Shown here piece after piece: positions 51,401 through 63,197 of a DNA stretch of 64,000 bases (positions are counted from its first letter, which is position 1; every line of letters starts with the position of its first letter). The notes under the pieces were generated by a model. It worked only from the letters and a program-made list of their open reading frames with translations, made no database searches and had not been told where the DNA came from. The translations under genes and the position numbers were made by a program. Source of the stretch: Haliotis rufescens (lineage: Eukaryota). Where the stretch lies: the NCBI RefSeq assembly GCF_023055435.1, contig NW_025963791.1, forward strand, positions 26,598,001-26,662,000, in the 5' to 3' direction.

Positions 51401-54400
51401 AACCTCGGCAATGTCGGACAAATCCATTTTATGAACAGGGGGGGTTAAGTTTAGTATTTCCCGGATATTCTCACAATTGTACGTTTTCTCCCAAAACGGA
51501 TTGTCATATCTCTCTTACTTGTGTGTGAGATCTCTCTTACTTGTGTGTGAGATCTCTCTTACTTGTGTGTGAGATCTCTCTTACTTGTGTGTGAGATCAT
51601 TCAGTCATGTTTATCTACTTTGCCCAGCTACTTCTATGGGGAATAACTCACTAAACACTTCCCACTTGAAAAAAAACATTGTCCCATTTACAACGTAGTC
51701 AAGTTGCGAGCTCATGTTCAAATCTCCAGAAATGATGTCATGATAGAACAATGTTCTATTGTGAAATAAACCATGCTTGGTTCTTCATTGTTCTTTGGGA
51801 TTTATGGCATAGCTATCTTATATAAGGTGATATATTCGTTGCTAGTGTTATATCTATGTGTATAAGTAAGGATGGAGGTTTCAATCAACCCATGTTTTGT
51901 AATTTGCAAAAAAATCCTTTACATATTTACAGGATTATGAACAACCTGGACTGGTACAGAAATGTGAACATCGTAGAATTTTTGTCAAAAACTGGTCGAC
52001 ATTTTAGGATGGGGCAGATGCTGTCCAGACACAGGTACATGGTTGTCTTGGTTATGGTACTAAATCTGTGAAAAAGCAAAAAATGCAAAGTACCTGGTGT
52101 TGATATAAAAGTAATGATGAATATAACAGCAAATAACATGGACAGGCTACTTCTGTTTATACACAGTGCTTTATTGATGTAATGATAATTATCTGCCTTG
52201 GGCCATTGTTTGATTGTTTGATACGCAACATGCACAGACCTTTTGATTTTGATACAACTATTACTGTCAAGGAGATTTTTATATCACAAATCATACTGAA
52301 GTGTTCAGATGAGAGTCAGTTTTATCAATAGCCAATTAGAAATTACAACAGGCAGGGAACTTTAGTGGATTTGGTTGAGTGAATCATATTGTGTTATCAT
52401 CTTTATTATTTCAGTGTAAAGAGCAGACTTAAGAGTGAAGAAGGAATGAGTTTCACAGAGTTTACGTATCAAATATTTCAGTCCTATGACTGGCTCCACT
52501 TGTACAGACATCACCAGTGTGCAATACAGGTACATCTGTCACATAGCAGTACAGCCAGCATGTGCTACATGAAGACCATGATAGAACCCCATTGACCCTT
52601 GTTCCCTGTCATAGGAGACTTAATAGGAATTTAATGTCTATTTGCAAATGTGATTTTGTTTGTTTGTTGTTTAACGCTGCACTCAGCAATTATCCAGCTA
52701 TATGACGGCGGTTTAAATAATTAAGTCTGGATCAGACAATCCAGTGACTGACATCATGAGCATCGATCCAAGCAATTGGGATACAATGACATGCATCAAC
52801 CAAGTCAGCAAGCCTGACCACCCGATCCCGTTAGTCGCCTCTTACAACAAGCATAGTCGCCTTTTACGGCAAGCATGCGTTGCTGAGGACCTATTCTACC
52901 CTGGATCTTCACGTGTCTTGCTGATGTGAATAAATAGTCCAGAGATGTGACCTACTTTGATAATTCATGAATATATATGTCTTTCTTCAATTGGATAAAT
53001 TCAAGCCACCGAGTCTGACCGTCTGTCTGATCATTATTTAGTCGCATGAGAAGCATGGGTTGTTTGGTACCTATATTCTTATCCAGAATCACACCTACCA
53101 TGGAAAGGACGAGGTGTATCAGCCAGGGTTGAAACAGAAGAACCCATGACAGTGATACCAGAATATGATATGATTATTTCATATCAGTATTCACACTGGA
53201 ATTGCTTTAAGAAAACCTGTTCTCCTGTTGACAGATTGGAGGAAACGACCAGCTGGGGAACATGACGGCAGGATACGAGCTGATATCTCGGCTCATGGAT
53301 AAACCAGTTTTTGGTAACTAGCTTTTCATTACATTGGTACAGTTTTTATTGGGTTCCAATGTTATATTTACGTTTATAATCTCGGACCAGATGAAAGAAG
53401 TGCAATGTTGATATCTAACGTGTGATAGGTCTTCTGTGCGATTGCCATGATCATGTGTATACAGAAGGCCATCGGAGCTTATGTCCCTCAGCTGAAGTCC
53501 TGTGTTTTCTGAAAGTTTGTTCAAGGCATCAAAATTTGAGTTTCACGTGGCGTTTAAAAAAACAACAAATGAACAAATCGTCTCAAAAACTTGAAGACCA
53601 GTGGCCTGAAACTTGGTGTGTGAGATGGCCACCTTATGTAGTAGTTCTTTAAATGTTTACCTAGATTTGACCATCGCACTTAAACCATACTGAAAGCTGA
53701 AACTACTTACGACCTTTACTCGGCCATTTTGTTTCAAACTGTAATAATAGTTGGTATATGTGTAGTTGGTTTATGTGTAGTTGGTATATATATAGTTGGT
53801 ATATGTGTAGTTGGTTTATGTGTAGTTGGTATATGTGTAGTTGGTATATGTGTAGTTGGTATATGTATAGTTGGTATATGTGTAGTTGGTATATGTATAG
53901 TTGGTATATGTGTAGTTGGTATATATGTGTAGTTCGTATATGTGTAGTTGGTATATGTGTAGTTTGTATATGTGTAGTTGGTATATGTGTAGTTGATATA
54001 TGTGTAGTTGGTATATGTGTAGTTGGTATATGTGTAGTTGGTATATGTATAGTTGGTATATGTGTAGTTGGTATATGTGAAGTTGGTATATGTGTAGTTG
54101 GTATATGTATAGTTGGTATATGTGTAGTTGGTATATGTGTAGTTTGTATATGTATTGTTGGTATATGTATAGTTGGTATATGTGTAGTTGGTATATGTAT
54201 AGTTGGTATATGTGTAGTTGGTATATGTGTAGTTGGTATATGTATAGTTGGTATATGTGTAGTTTGTATATGTGTAGTTGGTATATGTGTAGTTGGTATA
54301 TGTGTAGTTGGTCTATGTGTAGTTTGTATATGTATTGTTGGTATATGTGTAGTTGGTATATGTGTAGTTGGTATATGTATAGTTGGTATATGTGTAGTTG

Positions 54401-57400
54401 GTATATGTATAGTTGGTATATGTGTAGTTGGTATATGTATAGTTGGTATATGTGTAGTTGGTCTATGTGTAGTTTGTATATGTATTGTTGGTATATGTGT
54501 AGTTGGTATATGTATAGTTGGTATATGTGTAGTTTGTATATGTGTAGTTGGTATATGTATAGTTGGTATATGTATAGTTGGTATATGTGTAGTTTGTATA
54601 TGTGTAGTTGGTATATGTGTAGTTTGTATATGTGTAGTTTGTATATGTGTAGTTGGTATATGTGTAGTTGGTATATGTATAGTTGGTATATGTATAGTTG
54701 GTATATGTATAGTTGGTATATGTATAGTTGGTATATGTGTAGTTGGTATATGTGTAGTTGGTATATGTATAGTTGGTATATGTGTAGTTGGTATAAGTGT
54801 AGTTGGTATATGTGTAGTTGGTATATGTATAGTTGGTATATGTGTAGTTGGTCTATGTGTAGTTGGTATATGTGTAGTTGGTATATGTGTAGTTGGTATA
54901 TGTATAGTTGGTATATGTGTAGTTGGTATATGTGTAGTTTGTATATGTATAGTTGGTATATGTATAGTTGGTATAAGTGTAGTTGGTATATGTGTAGTTG
55001 GTATATGTATAGTTGGTATATATGTAGTTGGTATGTGTATAGTTGGTATATGTGTAGTTTGTATATGTGTAGTTGGTATATGTATAGTTGGTATATGTGT
55101 AGTTTGTATATGTGTAGTTGGTATATGTGTAGTTGGTATATGTGTAGTTGGTCTATGTGTAGTTGGTATACAATTGGTATATGTATAGTTGGTCTATGTG
55201 TAGTTGGTCTATGTGTAGTTGGTATATGTATAGTTGGTATATGTGTAGTTGGTATATGTGTAGTTGGTATATGTGTAGTTGGTATATGTATAGTTGGTAT
55301 ATGTGTAGTTGGTATATGTATAGTTGGTATATGTGTAGTTGGTATATGTGTAGTTGGTATATGTGTAGTTGGTATATGTATAGTTGGTATATGTGTAGTT
55401 GGTATATGTGTAGTTGGTATATGTGTAGTTGGTATATGTGTAGTTGGTATATGTGTAGTTGGTATATGTATAGTTGGTATATGTGTAGTTGGTATATGTA
55501 TAGTTGGTATATGTGTAGTTGGTATATGTGTAGTTGGTATATGTGTAGTTGGTATATGTATAGTTGGTATATGTATAGTTGGTATATGTGTAGTTGGTAT
55601 ATGTGTAGTTGGTATATGTGTAGTTGGTATATTTATAGTTGGTATGTGTATAGTTAGTAGCTGGGCTCAACGTATTTGTGACACTGTGCAGGGCTGACTG
55701 TTCCCCTGATCACCAGCTCCGTGGGGGACAAGCTGGGAAAGACAGCCGGGAATGCAGTGTGGCTGAGTCCCACCAAGACCTCACCCTATCAGCTGTACCA
55801 GGTACATTGCTAAACTAAACGGTGTGCCCCATCAAGACCTCATCAAATCAGCTGTGCCAGGTACATTGCTAAACTAAATGGTGTGCCCCATCAAGACTTC
55901 ACCCTATCAGCTGTACCAGGTACATTGCTAAACTAAACGGTGTGCCCCATCAAGACCTCATCCAATCAACTGTACCAGGTACATTGCTAAACTAAACGGT
56001 GTGCCCCATCAAGACTTCACCCTATCAGCTGTACCAGGTACATTGCTAAACTAAACGGTGTGCCCCATCAAGACCTCATCCAATCAGCTGTACCAGGTAC
56101 ATTGCTAAACTAAATGGTGCGCCCCACCAAGACCTCACCCTATCAGCTGTACCAGGTACATTGCCAAACTAAACGGTGTGCCCCACCAAGACTTCAGCCC
56201 ATCAGTTGTACCAGGTACATTGCTAAACTAAACGATGTGCCCCATCAAGACCTCACCCTATCCACTGTACCAGGTACATTGCTAAACTAAATGGTGCGCC
56301 CCATCAAGACTTCACCCTATCAGCTGTACCAGGTACATTGCTAAACTAAACGGTGTGCCCCATCAAGACTTCACCCTATCAGCTGTACCAGGTACATTGC
56401 TAAACTAAATGGTGTGCCCCATCAAGACCTCATCCAATCAGCTGTACCAGGTACATTGCTAAACTAAACGGTGCGCCCCACCAAGACCTTACCCTATCAG
56501 CTGTACCAGGTACATTGCCAAACTAAACGGTGTGCCCCACCAAGACTTCAGCCTATCAGCTGTACCAGGTACATTGCTAAACTAAACGATGTGCCCCATC
56601 AAGACCTCACCCTATCCACTGTACCAGGTACATTGCTAAACTAAACGGTTTGCCCCATCAAGACTTCACCCTATAAGCTGTACCAGGTACATTGCCAAAC
56701 TAAATGGTGCGCCCCACCAAGACTTCACCCTATCAGCTGTACCAGGTACATTGCTAAACTAAATGGTGTGCCCCATCAAGACCTCATCCAATCAGCTGTA
56801 CCAGGTACATTGCTAAACTAAACGGTGTGCCCCATCAAGACCTCATCCAATCAGCTGTACCAGGTACATTGCTAAACTAAACGGTGTGCCCCATCAAGAC
56901 TTCACCCTATCAGCTGTACCAGGTACATTGCTAAACTAAACGGTGTGCCCCATCAAGACCTCATCCAATCAGCTGTACCAGGTACATTGCTAAACTAAAT
57001 GGTGCGCCCCACCAAGACCTCACCCTATCAGCTGTACCAGGTACATTGCCAAACTAAACGGTGTGCCCCACCAAGACTTCAGCCCATCAGTTGTACCAGG
57101 TACATTGCTAAACTAAACGATGTGCCCCATCAAGACCTCACCCTATCCACTGTACCAGGTACATTGCTAAACTAAATGGTGCGCCCCATCAAGACTTCAC
57201 CCTATCAGCTGTACCAGGTACATTGCTAAACTAAACGGTGTGCCCCATCAAGACTTCACCCTATCAGCTGTACCAGGTACATTGCTAAACTAAATGGTGT
57301 GCCCCATCAAGACCTCATCCAATCAGCTGTACCAGGTACATTGCTAAACTAAACGGTGCGCCCCACCAAGACCTTACCCTATCAGCTGTACCAGGTACAT

Positions 57401-60400
57401 TGCCAAACTAAACGGTGTGCCCCACCAAGACTTCAGCCTATCAGCTGTACCAGGTACATTGCTAAACTAAACGATGTGCCCCATCAAGACCTCACCCTAT
57501 CCACTGTACCAGGTACATTGCTAAACTAAACGGTTTGCCCCATCAAGACTTCACCCTATAAGCTGTACCAGGTACATTGCCAAACTAAATGGTGTGCCCC
57601 ACCAAGACTTCACCCTATCAGCTGTACCAGGTACATTGCCAAACTAAACGGTGCGCCCCACCAAGACTTCACCCAATCAGCTGTACCAGGTACATTGCTA
57701 TACTAAACGGTGTGCCCCACCAAGACTTCAGCCTATCAGCTGTACCAGGTACATTGCTAAACTAAACGGTTTGCCCCATCAAGACCTCACCCTATCAGCT
57801 GTACCAGGTACATTGCTAAAGTAAACGGTGCGCTCCATCAAGACCTCACCCTATCAGCTGTACCAGGTACATTGCTAATTGCTAAAATAAACGGTGTGCC
57901 CGACCAAGACCTCACCCTATCAGCTGTACCAGGTACACACCTAAACTAAACGGTGCACCCCATCAAGACTTCACCCAATCACCTGTACCAGGTAAGTTGC
58001 TAATCTAAACGGTTTGCCCCACCAAGACTTAACCTATTCAGCAGTACCAGGTATACTCCTAAACTAAACGGTGTGCCCCACCAAGATTTCACCCAATCAG
58101 CTGTTCCAGGATAGTGCTCAACTTAATGGTCATCTTCCCGAGGCAAGGGAGTTAACTGGCTATAAAAGTCCACACAGTTTCCCCACTTGCCAAACTAAGC
58201 TGGAATTTCTGGGCTCGATCGTAGCGCCACCAATGGCTATTACGAGTTATGTCCCTTCTATGTCTCTCCTATTGACCAATCAGATTCCATCCCTCATATC
58301 ACTTGCATTTGCTTCAAACAAAATGGCATCGCCCAGTCAAGCTGATCTTACCCTGCGAAAGTGCATCAAATCACTTGAGCACCTTGATAAAAATCATGAA
58401 AAGTTTTGCAAAATATCTGTTGATGCCAAGTTGGCGGTACATATGCTCAGCAAATCCTCCAGTTGGCCGAAATCTGCTCATTGAAATCAATGTTGGTTAC
58501 AAACCGGATGTGTAGTTCATTCCAATTTTGATTGGACTATGCATAGACTCATTACTCCAGCCAAAATGTAACTCCAGAATTCAACAAACCGGATGTGTAG
58601 GTCGTTCCAATTTTGATTGGACTATGCATAGACTTGTTACTCCAGCCAAAATGTAACTCCAGAATTCCAGCCTAGACTTCACCCTATCAGCTGTACCAAT
58701 GCTAAACTAGGCTGTGTGCCCCACCAATACTTCACCCTATCTCCCTGTACCAGGTATAATGCTAAGCTTAACTGTTTTTCCCCATCAAGACTTCACCCTA
58801 ACTGTTTTTGTGTTTTTCTGATTTTGGATTTTGGTTCCAGTCAGTTTGAAATATTAACAGAATAAGCATGAAATACTCATATCCCCTGCCAATATGTCAT
58901 GTCCAGTTGTGTGCAAGGCATTAGCACTTTGGAAACGAGCACTTCCGCCATTTTCAGTCAAAGTCAAAGTCGTTGGAATGGAAATGAAAACTTGAAAAAT
59001 AGATTTTTCAAACCTCCCAAACTATCAAAAGGCACCAGTTGACCACTATACCATCTGTGTGCCAAGTTTGGTGAAGAAATATTATACGTTTTTCAAGATC
59101 TGCTCCGGAACGGAGCACTACCACCAATATCAGTCTTAGTCAAAGTAATTGCCATGGAAACTAAAAAAATAATTTAGACAAGTGTACATAACCATTTTCA
59201 TGTGGAAAGATACAGGGGAGATTAATAATTGTCATATTTCGTAATTTCTGTATCAAATAAGAAAGGGAACTCAGATAAATGACTTATAAGGCCATATAAT
59301 TGAAGTAAGTTGTAGCATGATGTCATTGGTATGAAACTAAAGCATGTCCAAAATTGTGTGTACTGCTTATGTTCCAGTATTTTCTGAATCAACCGGACAC
59401 CGACATTGAAAAATATCTGAAACTGCTGACATTTCTACCAGAGCAAGAAATACAGGATGTCTTGAGGAAACACAAGGTAAGATTCACTTACACAACATAA
59501 ATATATGAGGTGGAATGTATTGCTAACAAATTCTGGCAACATTTTTCATGCCCCCCCCCCTAATAAATAAAATAATATACTTTGTTATGTTACACAGTGG
59601 TTTGGGTTGGCAATATGATCTCCGTTATCTGTCTTTAAGATCCACCACCCCAAGGCCCCTCTGTATAAGGACCAGGACAGAGCCTGTTAATGGAATGACA
59701 TTTTGTAACTTGAAACTCCAAAATATCTGCTCAGATCCGAGCCACATTCTGACCATTGAAGGATATAGTAGATATACACAGTTGTAAGTTTTTTATTTGA
59801 AAAAATAAAAGTTTGATTTTGTGGAATACATTTTGTGGCGATCCCCCTCTTTTGCTGACTCAGATTTTCATACCCCTCATTCCCATTAATAAATTGCCCG
59901 TCCCTTATTTTTTTTAAAGTATCTTTCACAGCGACCCTGTTTTCATAGTTACTCTCATCAGGGCAATTATAAATACGGTATACTGTAAATAACAATAAGG
60001 GAACAGACCCTTTGTCTCTGTAATTAACTCATGACATGTTTTGTTGCCAGAGGAATCCAGAGCAACGCCCAGGACAGAAAAAGATTGCAGAACAAGTTCT
60101 ACTGTTGGTGCATGGTGGTAGGTATCTTGAGGAAACACGATCAGTTATATACATGTATTTCCAGTTACTGTTGCACTTTAGATTGTACAATCCTGAGACT
60201 GGTTAATTGTTTGACCTTCAGAAGTTGTCTTGATTAAGGTCAAGGCCAGGAAGTAATGTTTTGGGGCTGGAAGTCCATGGTGGTACATTAAGCTTTGAGA
60301 AAATGTCGGTGACTGAGCTGCTTCAGTTTTGGTAAATGCAAACTCCTCAGTCTATTATGCCCCAATAGCTGACAAAACAGTACTTCTAGTTTGCTGCTGT

Positions 60401-63105
60401 AAGCTGTAGTACTATTAATCCTTTGTGTAGATGGGCCCTGAACCATGACATGCAGGTTTTTTATGTTTTATAGTGGCAGTAATAATTAGGTGTAACTTGA
60501 TGACAATCAGGCTCTTGTACGACATAGGACTTCATAGGACACAGTTGGAACCTACAGTCCTCTGATATGCATCATGATTTTATGTCACCGCTGGTAACTG
60601 GTGTGTGTTGTATTTGTCTGTCGAGCAGAGCAAGGCCTGAGTGAAGCTGTGCGTTGGACGGATGCACTCTTCAGTGGCAACATCGAGAGCCTGGCACGCC
60701 TGACTCACACCGAGCTGCTGCAGCTGTTCAACAATGCAGACACCACAGAGATGCTCCTGGAACCTGGCATGTCCGTCCTCGACGTCTGCATGAAGGCAGG
60801 CTGCTTCAACAGAGACGGTGAGTAGAAGCAGAGCAACACTAAAAGTCTGTCATTGAAGTTTGAACTGTCACCAATTGTCGATTTTCCTATGGTATGTCCA
60901 AATTCAGTGCCATAATGCTTACTGATGGTTTCTAAACTTGCTGACGGGTGTTTTTCTTTAAACAGACAAATTTCCCTTTTTTCGTGTGCTGTAACTGCGT
61001 GTCGCTTACGTTTCGCTGGTTGACAGGCCATACTTACACAACTTTGACCTCTGACCTCCACAGACGCCATATTTATCAAAGGGGATTACATGTACAATAA
61101 ACAAGCTCGTCTCAAACGTAACTCAGTGTCACTTGGTTAATTGACTTCTCACGAATCAAAGGATTACCACCAGCGGAAGTGTATTGTCCGGATAAGTGAG
61201 ACAATTTTGTGTGCATTTCAGTGTTTTGTGTATGAAAATGACCGTCAGGTTCCGGAAACTGAATTTCCGGATATACGGGTAAATTTATATAGTAATTATT
61301 TCGTTTTGAATGAAAATCGTCCGGGAACCGAGGTTTCCGGATATCTGAAGTCCGTATAACCGGGGCATGACTGTACTGGCAAACACACTCCTCACTCACT
61401 CAGGGTGAAACTGAGAAGGGACACAACTCTGCACAGTGATGGTGATTTTGTGGGTGACATCACCTCAACAGATAAATCCTGCATTAAAACTAGATTTCAG
61501 GAGGAAGAGGAAGTTATCAGATTAACAACACATCTCCGCTGGATTTCAACGATTCTATTTGCAGTATGAACATGTAACTCTGAAGGAAGTATTAGAAAAT
61601 AAAAGTGACAGGTGTTGCCCACTCACATCTGAAGTTACAAGAAAGATAGTTCTTTCTTACAAAGTAAAAACACTTTGCAAACTTTGGTTTTATGGTCTTA
61701 ATATTTCATTTATAGTCTAACTGATGTTATGGTGATAGATCAAATAGTTGTTGTTTGTTGTTGAAAGCTCAGCAATATTCCGTCAATATGACAGCAGTAA
61801 AAAAAATATATAAATGATTTGTTACCAAGATGTTATCACAGTAAGCCAAATGTCTTAAAATTCCACAGTTTGTTTAATAGAACCAAAATAAGTGTTAAAA
61901 ATGTGTTTTGTTTTATTGGACACAATATATGCACTGTTTTGCTGTAAATTGTAAATCATCTACCCTGCTACCATAACTAAAATATATTTATGAATGAGCT
62001 TCATATGCCACTGTCTATGGCCAGAAAAGCAGAGAAAGTTATGTCTTATGACCTCTTATGACCCTGCTGGCATCCTTGTTTGTTGCCCCTTCAGACGGGC
62101 ATGGGTTGCTGCATCTTCCCTAGGCAAGAGAGTTGACTGACTTTAAAAGTCCAGTTTCCACCCTTGCCGAACTAGGCTGGTATTATGGAGTTACATATTG
62201 GCAGGACTAATGAGTCTATACATTGTCCAATCAAAATCGCTGAAATCAAAATCCAGTTTGTAAACTGTAGTGCAGATTTCGTCGGATTGCAGGATTTGCA
62301 AAGCATGTGCACCGCCAACTCGTTGTAAACAGATATTTTCCAAACCTTTTCATGTTTTTAATCAAGGCGCTCGCATGATTTGATGCACTTCGCGATGTAA
62401 GACCTGTTTTATCACAATATAGATCTTTATTATCCATCAGATTGTCTTGACTTGGCGCCGCCATTTTGTTTTAAACAAATGCAAGTGATGGAATCTGATT
62501 GGTCCATAGGAGAGTCTTAGAAGGGACATAACTCATAATAACTACTGGTGTACCACGATCGAGCCCAGGAATACCAGCCTAGTTAAGCAAGGGTGGAAAC
62601 TGGACTTTTATAGTCAGTTAACTCTCTTGCCTCGGGAAGATGGGGTTGCTGAAGACCGATTCTAACCTGGATCTTCACGAGGTACAGAGAATAGGGGTAC
62701 ACTAAGGAGGAAACATGAGACGAATGAAGTTCCTTTGTTAATGTTGTGAAGGAGTGAGCGGGGAAGAAAACACATCTAAATATTTAAGGCAAGAAAGCCT
62801 GGAATGTCCAGTCCTATTGTTAAATGGAAATGGAAGTTAATGTCCCGTGGGTTGTGTTTGTTGAAGTTCAATAAAGGCTCACAGCTTTCACTCAGGTGTT
62901 AGGGATACACAGATCAGTTGCTAAATGAAAAGGTTTTGTATTTCATTCTGTCCTCCCTCATGGTGTGCTCTGTCTGTAGTTGATGCTGAGAGAATCATCC
63001 AAGCTGGGGGTGTCCATATAAACCACAGGAAGGTGCAGCAGCCTGACTACGTCCTTGTTGCTGGGGAGCACATCCTGCCTTCAAACATCACACTTATCCG
63101 AGTTG
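48471..63105 (+). CDS. YARS2: Tyrosine--tRNA ligase, mitochondrial (3'-partial; 12 exons in window)
   Basis: Exons 48471-48526, 48668-48772, 49100-49247, 49943-50118, 51933-52034, 52415-52529, 53235-53313, 55692-55801, 59378-59476, 60051-60117, 60629-60817, 62980-63105 (457 codons + 1 nt, all phase-consistent). Motifs [15 protein letters not shown] (HIGH-type), [45 protein letters not shown] (KMSKS-type), S4-like [10 protein letters not shown]; basic presequence-like N-terminus. Terminal exon not found before 64000. Confidence 0.97.
49343..49480 (-). mobile_element. SINE family A (YARS2 intron 3)
   Basis: 13-bp TSD AAGTTACATTGGA. Confidence 0.92.
50383..50665 (+). mobile_element. Diverged SINE of a further family (V-domain-like)
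   Basis: B box-like GGTTTGATCCC then CCAAAAGAC...ATGGTACTTGCTG...GGCATTAAGG...GACTGG...CAGTGGGCTAGCACT, resembling mollusc V-SINEs from recall; single copy here. Confidence 0.5.
51508..51598 (+). repeat. 22-bp tandem repeat x4 (ATCTCTCTTACTTGTGTGTGAG)
   Basis: Four identical units in YARS2 intron 4. Confidence 0.95.
52656..52914 (-). mobile_element. SINE family C (YARS2 intron 6)
   Basis: Full-length reverse-complement copy. Confidence 0.9.
53748..55655 (+). repeat. 15-bp minisatellite (TAGTTGGTATATGTG)n, ~127 copies, YARS2 intron 7
   Basis: Direct reading; GTG/GTA and TGG/TTG variants; almost no C on the plus strand. Confidence 0.98.
55769..58800 (+). repeat. 59-bp tandem array derived from YARS2 exon 8 3' end plus 5' splice site, ~39 units plus degenerate tail
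   Basis: Unit GTACATTGCTAAACTAAACGGTGTGCCCCATCAAGACTTCACCCTATCAGCTGTACCAG; donors every 59 bp from 55802 to ~58051; interrupted by a MITE at 58131-58675; degenerate units resume to ~58800. Confidence 0.97.
58131..58675. mobile_element. Second copy of the same MITE, opposite orientation, one TIR truncated
   Basis: Starts CATCTTCCCGAGGCAAGG; internal sequence is the reverse complement of 62112-62642; internal ~86-bp duplication at 58500-58665. Confidence 0.85.
58855..59228 (+). mobile_element. Possible Helentron-derived non-autonomous element (HINE-like)
   Basis: TAACAGA start, internal repeat (GAGCACT...CAGTC..AGTCAAAGT twice), GCCAAGTTTGGTGAA motif, ends GGGGAGATTAAT; similar fragments at ~3790-3995 and ~53545-53730. 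Confidence 0.4.
60866..61373 (-). mobile_element. Truncated Tigger/pogo-type DNA transposon (one TIR + N-terminal HTH of transposase)
   Basis: TA|CAGTCATGCCCCGGTTATACGG terminus at 61373; ATG at 61031 reads [55 protein letters not shown], a CENP-B/psq-type HTH pattern. Confidence 0.75.
62112..62642. mobile_element. MITE, 531 bp, ~73-bp TIRs, 9-bp TSD (Mutator-like hallmark), inserted in a SINE
   Basis: TIRs CATCTTCCCTAGGCAAGAGAGTTGACTGAC... / ...GTCAGTTAACTCTCTTGCCTCGGGAAGATG; TSD GGGTTGCTG at 62103-62111 and 62643-62651. Confidence 0.9.
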
Positions 63106-63197
63106 GTACGTACACATTGACACCAGCTTCTGTCTACCTCCAAACCCCATTTAACATGCCACTTCTTCTTATCAAATAAAAAACCTGTAGCTTGATA

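Noticed and set aside
53729-55697. Long ORFs of 476, 535, 164 and 153 aa (CVVGI, MCSWY, TNYTY repeats)
   Set aside because: Translations of the 15-bp minisatellite inside YARS2 intron 7; no independent coding evidence.
55769-58130. CRISPR-like appearance of the 59-bp (and 50-bp) arrays
   Set aside because: No unique spacers, no cas genes, eukaryotic intronic context.
60125-60138. 14-nt match (TCTTGAGGAAACAC) in intron 10 to the end of YARS2 exon 9
   Set aside because: Too short to distinguish from chance; no associated splice structure.
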